This document shows, piece by piece, positions 58,659 to 64,000 of a DNA stretch of 64,000 bases. The number at the start of each line of letters is the position of its first letter. Positions within the stretch are counted from its first letter, which is position 1. The stretch is from assembly GCA_964447075.1 (NCBI GenBank), contig CAYUQY010000004.1, forward strand, positions 3,760 to 67,759, given 5' to 3'. Both the position numbers and the translations under genes were made by a program. Origin of the DNA: an uncultured Pseudomonadales bacterium (GTDB taxonomy: Bacteria > Patescibacteriota > Microgenomatia > UBA1400 > PJMF01). The notes beneath the pieces were generated by a model, which did not search any database, was not told where the DNA came from, and was given only the letters and a program-made list of their open reading frames with translations.

Positions 58659-60227
58659 ATGAAGTACTCTCCAAGCTTGACAATTTCCAACATCAAGAGC
58701 TTTGTCGTGAGACGTACACTCTACGACTGGTTGCTACTAGCTTGCCTCAGCCTTGCTAGTTTTTTAAGAGTTTGGAATCTACCCAACACCATCCAGTTTC
58801 TCAGTGACCAAGGGAGAGACGCCATCGTAGTCATGAGATTTATACGTTTTTTCGACCCAATGCTGATCGGTCCTGTCACTAGTAACGGCAACATGTATCT
58901 AGGTCCGGCTTACTACTACCTCATGGCTCCATTCTTGGCTCTTACTTTTCCATCTCCTATTGGTCCGGCTTACGGGGTGGCTATTTTTGGAGTCTTGACG
59001 GTCTTTTTGATTTACTATTTAGGTAGAGAAATGGTAGGTAAATCCGCAGCAGTCTTGGCTGCTTTTATGGCTAGCATTTCTGGAGTTCTAGTAGAGTATT
59101 CACGTTTTAGCTGGAATCCAAACTTGGCCCCTCTGGTCATGATGTTGTTGATTTGGTCACTCTTTCGATTTTGGACCAGAAGTAGATGGTACTTTGTCTT
59201 GAGCATACTTTGGTTCTCACTTCTCATTCAGCTCCACTACGTAACTTTACTAACTGCTCCAGTCATCGGTTTTGTTTGGCTTGCCTGTTTGATAGAACAG
59301 ACTCGTTTGAAGAAAGAAAAAGTGCACAGGGCTTGGTCGACACTCAAACTATTTTTGCCTTCCACCTTGAGTGGTATTTCTGTGTTCATACTCTCACTCC
59401 TCCCACAAATTATTTTTGAGTTTCTGCATAATTTTATTAATACCTCCTCATTTTTAAGCTTCATAGGAAGAGAGGACGGATCTTTTACCAGAGTAGGAAC
59501 TAGCATCAAGTTCATGAGAGTTTTGGGGGAGCTCCACGGCCGGAGTATGCAGATATTATTTGAGATGTTCATCGGCACCTCACGTCAGCTAAACACTTGG
59601 CTAGTAGTACTGGTAATTTTAGGTAGTATCTTTCTCTGGAGATCACTCAAAAATCAGAGTGACAAAAAAGCTTTTAGCATCACTGTTCTTTCTCTAGTCA
59701 CTGCTGCAGTAGGTTTGGCATTTTATCGTGGTAGTGTTTTTCACCACTACGTTCTCTTTACGATTCCTGTCACTTTCTTGCTCTTTGGTCAGATAATTAT
59801 CTTTTTATGGAAGAAGTTCCTTGTCAAGATACTTCTGCTTGCGTTCCTAAGTTACTTCATCCTCTGGAACATATCTACTGTCCCACTTAAGTCTCAAGGC
59901 TGGAAGTTGCGCGACATAGAGCGTGTTGCCAACAGTGTTTTAGCAAGAGTTAAACCAGGAGAAAAGTACAATATTGTCCTACTTTCTGAGATAAAAGACT
60001 TTGAAGGGACTAACTACCGCTACTTTTTAGAAGCAAGTGAAAAACCACCTGTCTCAATTGAGAAAAGAGGTGAAACTGAAACTCTCTTTATCATCAATGA
60101 GGATGGGAAACTCAAAGACACGCCCAATGACTCCCCCATCTATGAGATAGTAGTTTTCCCCAATCACAATCCAAGTGAAGTTTACAGTGACTCAGGGGGT
60201 CCAAGAATTACAGTCTTAAGAAAGTAA
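58659..60227 (+). CDS. Uncharacterised polytopic membrane protein, subfamily C (D-x-G-R-D-A / YYYLMAPF motifs); putative Gtr-type GT-C transferase
   Basis: 522 aa. QFLSDQGRDAIVVMRFIRFFDPMLIGPVTSNGNMYLGPAYYYLMAPF parallels ORF 27054. It lies between the two GtrB-like GT2 genes. Confidence 0.45.
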   Translation: MKYSPSLTISNIKSFVVRRTLYDWLLLACLSLASFLRVWNLPNTIQFLSDQGRDAIVVMRFIRFFDPMLIGPVTSNGNMYLGPAYYYLMAPFLALTFPSPIGPAYGVAIFGVLTVFLIYYLGREMVGKSAAVLAAFMASISGVLVEYSRFSWNPNLAPLVMMLLIWSLFRFWTRSRWYFVLSILWFSLLIQLHYVTLLTAPVIGFVWLACLIEQTRLKKEKVHRAWSTLKLFLPSTLSGISVFILSLLPQIIFEFLHNFINTSSFLSFIGREDGSFTRVGTSIKFMRVLGELHGRSMQILFEMFIGTSRQLNTWLVVLVILGSIFLWRSLKNQSDKKAFSITVLSLVTAAVGLAFYRGSVFHHYVLFTIPVTFLLFGQIIIFLWKKFLVKILLLAFLSYFILWNISTVPLKSQGWKLRDIERVANSVLARVKPGEKYNIVLLSEIKDFEGTNYRYFLEASEKPPVSIEKRGETETLFIINEDGKLKDTPNDSPIYEIVVFPNHNPSEVYSDSGGPRITVLRK

Positions 60228-60306
60228 TCTAAAGATATAGCTTTCGCAAATAGGATTGACTACATGAAGCTAGTTAAAACTCTGACACATTGCTTTGGGA
60301 GAATTT

Positions 60307-61071
60307 ATGTTAAGTAATAAAATCTTTTTATCAGTTGTTGTCCCTTCATTTAATGAAAAGGCCAACATCGAGCGTCACTGCCTAGAGCTTGTTTCTGAGT
60401 ACTTATCCAAGCAGTCGTACTCTTGGGAGGTAATCTTGAGCGACGATGGCTCAACAGACGGAACTTGGGAGGATCTGGAGAATTTTGCCAAGACTCATCC
60501 TGGATTTAGAGCTCTTGCTAACACCCACGCTGGCAAAGGACCAACTGTTCAATCTGGTATGTTGGCAGCATCTGGGGAGTGGAAGCTTTTTACAGACTTT
60601 GATCAATCTACACCACTAAGTGAGATTGAGAAGCTTTTTCCTTTTAGCGATAGGTTTGAGGTTGTAATTGGGTCACGTGAGATTGCGGGCGCGTCCCGCG
60701 CCCGCGAACCCATTCATCGCCACCTCATGGGTAGGGTCTGGAACTTGACCGTCCAGGCATTAGCTGTGCCAGGAATTCTAGACACTCAATGCGGCTTCAA
60801 GCTCTTCAAAGGAACAGTCTCAGATCAACTTTTTAAAAACTTAGTTGTCTACTCACGCTCCAACTCTACTTCCAATGCTTTCACTGGAGCCTTCGATGTA
60901 GAGCTACTTTTTTTAGCCAGAAAACTTGGTTACAAAATTAAAGAGGTTCCCATCAGCTGGAAACACTACACCACTGCTCGCGTTAGTCCCGTTCGCGACT
61001 CACTTCGAATGTTGCGTGATATTGTTCGAATTCTCTGGGCAAACTCTAGAGGACTCTATAAGATTAGCTAG
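60307..61071 (+). CDS. Polyprenol-phosphate sugar synthase-like family 2 glycosyltransferase (DPM1/GtrB-like)
   Basis: LSVVVPSFNEKANIERHCLELV, VILSDDGSTDGT, DFDQSTP and GSRE. The start is moved to the ATG at 60307, which has a GGGAG SD 6 nt upstream. The ORF-track start is 60295. Confidence 0.8.
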   Translation: MLSNKIFLSVVVPSFNEKANIERHCLELVSEYLSKQSYSWEVILSDDGSTDGTWEDLENFAKTHPGFRALANTHAGKGPTVQSGMLAASGEWKLFTDFDQSTPLSEIEKLFPFSDRFEVVIGSREIAGASRAREPIHRHLMGRVWNLTVQALAVPGILDTQCGFKLFKGTVSDQLFKNLVVYSRSNSTSNAFTGAFDVELLFLARKLGYKIKEVPISWKHYTTARVSPVRDSLRMLRDIVRILWANSRGLYKIS

Positions 61072-61178
61072 AGGCTTCTGTTCATCAGAAGTTGTCATTG
61101 ATTGTTTTAAGCATTCGTCAACTTTAATTAAGCACCTAACAGGTCTAGTTTATAAAATTTAACTTTTCCTGATGCTCT

Positions 61179-64000
61179 ATGTTTAACAAATCACTCTTCT
61201 ATCTTTTCGTCGGATTATACTTGGTTGCTTTTCTTTTCTATGCCCTTTTTTCCTTTTCCCTAACCGACCCAAACTTGAGCTTCACGTCTTGGTTGCCATA
61301 CTGGAAGTTTCAGTGGTGGATGTGGGCCACTTTCTTTCACAACTCATATCTTCTATCTTCCAGTTATCTCAGCTTAGTTACTTTCATATTTGCTTGCTAC
61401 TTAGCCATTTACTATCTACTTCTCAAATCTACAGATAATTTTGGTCTGAAAAGAATAATCATCGGAGTCACGGCTTTGATACTAGGGATGCTAGTTATTT
61501 CCAACAATGCTTTATCTCATGACATGTTCAACTATATTTTTAATGCCAAAATGGTGATGGTGTATCAGGCGAATCCTCATCTTCAAACAGCCCAAGAGTT
61601 TGCAGCTAGTGATACCTGGGTGAGGTTTATGCACAACACTCACACTCCAGCCCCATATGGTTTTGGTTGGACAGTCTGGTCATTGATTCCTTTCATACTT
61701 GGTTTACAAAAGTTCACCATTACTTGGCTACTCTTCAAACTCTGGAGTTTGTGTAGCTGGTTTTTTATGATCTGGTCAATAAATTTCTTGTCGAAAAAAC
61801 TCTCAGGAAAGGAGATAAGCTTGGCATCCTGGTTTTTAATTTTTGCCAATCCTCTTATTTTGATTGAGATACTTGGAAATGGTCACAATGATCTCTGGAT
61901 GATGGCTCCTGCTGTGTGGTCGCTAGGGATACTCTTAACAGCTTCTAAGAATGGAAAAGTATCACTCAAAAACATCTTTTTTTCTGGTGTCTTACTCTTT
62001 CTCTCCATAAGTACCAAGCTAGCTTCTCTAACATTACTTCCCATTTGGCTCATGGTCACTGGAGTAGTTGTAGCTCGGGTTTATTTGAGTAAAAATTCTC
62101 TTGTTCCTAAGCTCTGGATTAAGCTTCAGCCTCATGTGCCATTTTTCTGTTCACTACTTCTTTTTGGACCTCTCTTCACTGCTCAGTCTCAACAGTTTTT
62201 ACCCTGGTACTTAAGCTGGGTATTAATCTGGATTCCAGTTACTTTTGGTCAAAATTGGTGGAAAAGATCATTAATTTTTCTGAGTTTTTTGAGCTTGCTA
62301 CGTTACTATCCTTTCTTGGCAGTGGGTGAGTACACACCAGCTGTAATTTTGCAACAAAAAATGATCACCTGGGTGCCATTTGGAGTCTGGTTGTGCTTAG
62401 AGGGTCTTGTTCTCGCCCTAAATTTTACCAAAATCAATCTTCTACTTTCTGGTCAAATCAAAAAATTGCGATTCATTCTGCGTTTATGGCCATTTGTTTT
62501 GCTGATCTTGGTGTATCTCTTGTTACACTTTTATCGTCTAGATTTCTTTCCTGTTTTTGCTGATGAATCAATTTATATTCGCTGGGCTCAATTAATCATT
62601 GATGATCCTGGTAGGTACGCTTTTTTTGCCCTCAATGATGGCAAGACGCCACTTTTTATGTGGCTACTCGTACCCTTGCAGTTCTTATTTAGCAATCAAC
62701 TGGTAGCTGGTAGAGTTTTGGCAGTTCTGGTGGGTTTACTCCAGCTGTGGGTCGTACAAGCTACGATCAAGTCTTGTGGTGGTCGTAAAAGTACTCAGCT
62801 TCTTGGCATGACTATGGTTTGCTTTTTGCCCTTTTGGTTTTTTCACCATCGTATGGCACTTATTGATGGTTTATTGACTTTATGTTTATCTGGAGCAACT
62901 TATTTTCTAGTTAGATTCCACCAGAGCGTCCAGTCTAGTCACTCTCAACATCTTAGACTTAAGCTGATAGCTTTGTCCGGAGCTTGTTTCGGTCTTGCTC
63001 TTTTAACCAAACTGCCAGCTCTTTTCTTTTCACCAGTATTTTTCTTGTCCAATTTGTTCTTTTACCCAGTTAGTTCTAGAAGTCTCAGCGTCTGGAAAAG
63101 TAATTTTTGGTACTGTTTACTTGGAGCTGGGTTGGGGCTCTTGATGTTTACCTTGCTAGCACTTCACCCTGCTTTTGGTCAGCTTTTCAGAAGAAGTGGT
63201 GACTTTACTTTTACCATCGTTGAGTCTCTCAAGGGTGGGTGGTTGCACTCCCTAACCCAGAGTAGTTATGCCCTGGCTGGTGTGATCAACTACATGAGCT
63301 TGCCCGTGGTTATTCTGTCCTTGTGGGGTGTGTTTATGGATAAAACTAGACGCTACAGCGGGTTTTTTATCCTTTGTGCTCTCTGCTACCTGCTTCCTTT
63401 CGCGCTGCTTGGCAAGATAGTCTTTATTCGTTACTTACTTCCTCTTAGTTTTTTTCTAACTGTGAGCGCGGCTCTGACTTTTCAGCGACTCTATGAGCAG
63501 TGGTTTGTAGATGTGTCTCAGCTGTCCAAAAAAGTTTTAGCTGCTATTTTTTTGACCACACTCCTCAGTGGAGCTGCTCAAACTTCTAGTAGTTTTATCA
63601 TTCCTTTACTCACAAGTTATGACTCAGTGCCTTTTAGCCCTTCCGACCGAACTCAGTATCTGGAAGACTGGTCTTCAGGGCATGGTATTTTTGAAACAGT
63701 GGAGTACATACGAAAACAAGCACTTGATCACACCATTTCTATTGCCACTGAGGGCAGCTTCGGGACTCTACCAGATGGAATTCTCCTGCTTTTACATCGT
63801 AGTGATCTAAGGAACATTTCTGTCTCAGGCATAGGTCAGCCAATTGCAGGACTTTCTCCAGAGTTTCTGGCTCACTCCAAAAAATTTGATCAAACAATTC
63901 TAGTTGTTAACTCACATCGTTTACTGATGTCGTTAGGCGACAGTCCAAAAATCATAGAACAGTGTCGACCCCACAACGCTCCATGCTTCCAGGTTTTCGA
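61179..64000 (+). CDS. Very large polytopic membrane protein, partial (>940 aa); apparent tandem of two GT-C-like modules (DUF2029/GT87-like N-module plus ArnT/PMT-like C-module)
   Basis: Hand translation from ATG 61179 in frame 0 to the window end found no in-frame stop. Frame alignment was checked at 62100, 63000 and 63960. The second half restarts with TM-loop-DE architecture (LRFILRLWPFVLLILVYLLLHFYRLDFFPVFADESIYIRWAQL). The ORF track missed it because no stop lies inside the window. Confidence 0.55.
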   Translation, partial: MFNKSLFYLFVGLYLVAFLFYALFSFSLTDPNLSFTSWLPYWKFQWWMWATFFHNSYLLSSSYLSLVTFIFACYLAIYYLLLKSTDNFGLKRIIIGVTALILGMLVISNNALSHDMFNYIFNAKMVMVYQANPHLQTAQEFAASDTWVRFMHNTHTPAPYGFGWTVWSLIPFILGLQKFTITWLLFKLWSLCSWFFMIWSINFLSKKLSGKEISLASWFLIFANPLILIEILGNGHNDLWMMAPAVWSLGILLTASKNGKVSLKNIFFSGVLLFLSISTKLASLTLLPIWLMVTGVVVARVYLSKNSLVPKLWIKLQPHVPFFCSLLLFGPLFTAQSQQFLPWYLSWVLIWIPVTFGQNWWKRSLIFLSFLSLLRYYPFLAVGEYTPAVILQQKMITWVPFGVWLCLEGLVLALNFTKINLLLSGQIKKLRFILRLWPFVLLILVYLLLHFYRLDFFPVFADESIYIRWAQLIIDDPGRYAFFALNDGKTPLFMWLLVPLQFLFSNQLVAGRVLAVLVGLLQLWVVQATIKSCGGRKSTQLLGMTMVCFLPFWFFHHRMALIDGLLTLCLSGATYFLVRFHQSVQSSHSQHLRLKLIALSGACFGLALLTKLPALFFSPVFFLSNLFFYPVSSRSLSVWKSNFWYCLLGAGLGLLMFTLLALHPAFGQLFRRSGDFTFTIVESLKGGWLHSLTQSSYALAGVINYMSLPVVILSLWGVFMDKTRRYSGFFILCALCYLLPFALLGKIVFIRYLLPLSFFLTVSAALTFQRLYEQWFVDVSQLSKKVLAAIFLTTLLSGAAQTSSSFIIPLLTSYDSVPFSPSDRTQYLEDWSSGHGIFETVEYIRKQALDHTISIATEGSFGTLPDGILLLLHRSDLRNISVSGIGQPIAGLSPEFLAHSKKFDQTILVVNSHRLLMSLGDSPKIIEQCRPHNAPCFQVF

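Noticed and set aside
1-64000. Alternative genetic code (UGA recoding) as in some candidate-phyla-radiation-like lineages
   Set aside because: Several well-conserved enzymes end at TGA (for example rfbB at 43840-43842) with lengths that match orthologues. Reading through would add only a few codons before a TAA. No evidence of recoding.
1-64000. Mobile element, prophage or defence-system content
   Set aside because: No integrase, transposase, recombinase, restriction, toxin or phage structural motifs were seen in any frame. Apart from the 57-bp tandem repeat and short promoter motifs, no long repeats were noticed. The region reads as a chromosomal glycan biosynthesis locus.

Overview
This window is a dense, AT-rich (roughly 40% GC by eye) bacterial cell-envelope glycan biosynthesis island with short intergenic gaps. 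About 46 genes sit on alternating strand blocks, many with 4-11 bp start/stop overlaps that suggest operons. The content falls into six groups. (1) Sugar-nucleotide synthesis: rfbB, rfbD, gmd, an Rmd-like reductase, a nucleotide-sugar dehydrogenase and a GalE-like epimerase. (2) An ABC-transporter (Wzm/Wzt) polysaccharide route with GT2 and GT4 transferases and a methyltransferase carrying a coiled-coil tail, plus a separate Wzx-type flippase and an LCP-family ligase. (3) An unusually large set of about 16 polytopic membrane glycosyltransferase-like paralogues resembling the GT-C fold (ArnT/PMT-like, with the first-loop DE motif). They fall into at least three motif-defined subfamilies, with one PIG-V-like member and one tandem two-module ORF. 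They are accompanied by three polyprenol-phosphate sugar synthase GT2 genes, one of them fused to a GtrA-like domain. (4) A class A penicillin-binding protein translationally coupled to a 2100-aa alpha-2-macroglobulin that carries a CTEQ thioester motif. (5) A lone trmD outside its usual ribosomal operon context. (6) A perfect 57-bp tandem duplication in which the two copies encode the C-termini of two convergent paralogues. No tRNA, rRNA, CRISPR array or mobile-element genes were seen. Both window edges cut through genes that the ORF track missed: a GT2 at 1..971 (-) and a large membrane ORF at 61179..64000 (+). Family assignments rest on motifs read directly from the translations. No database searches were run, and functions beyond the family level are inference.
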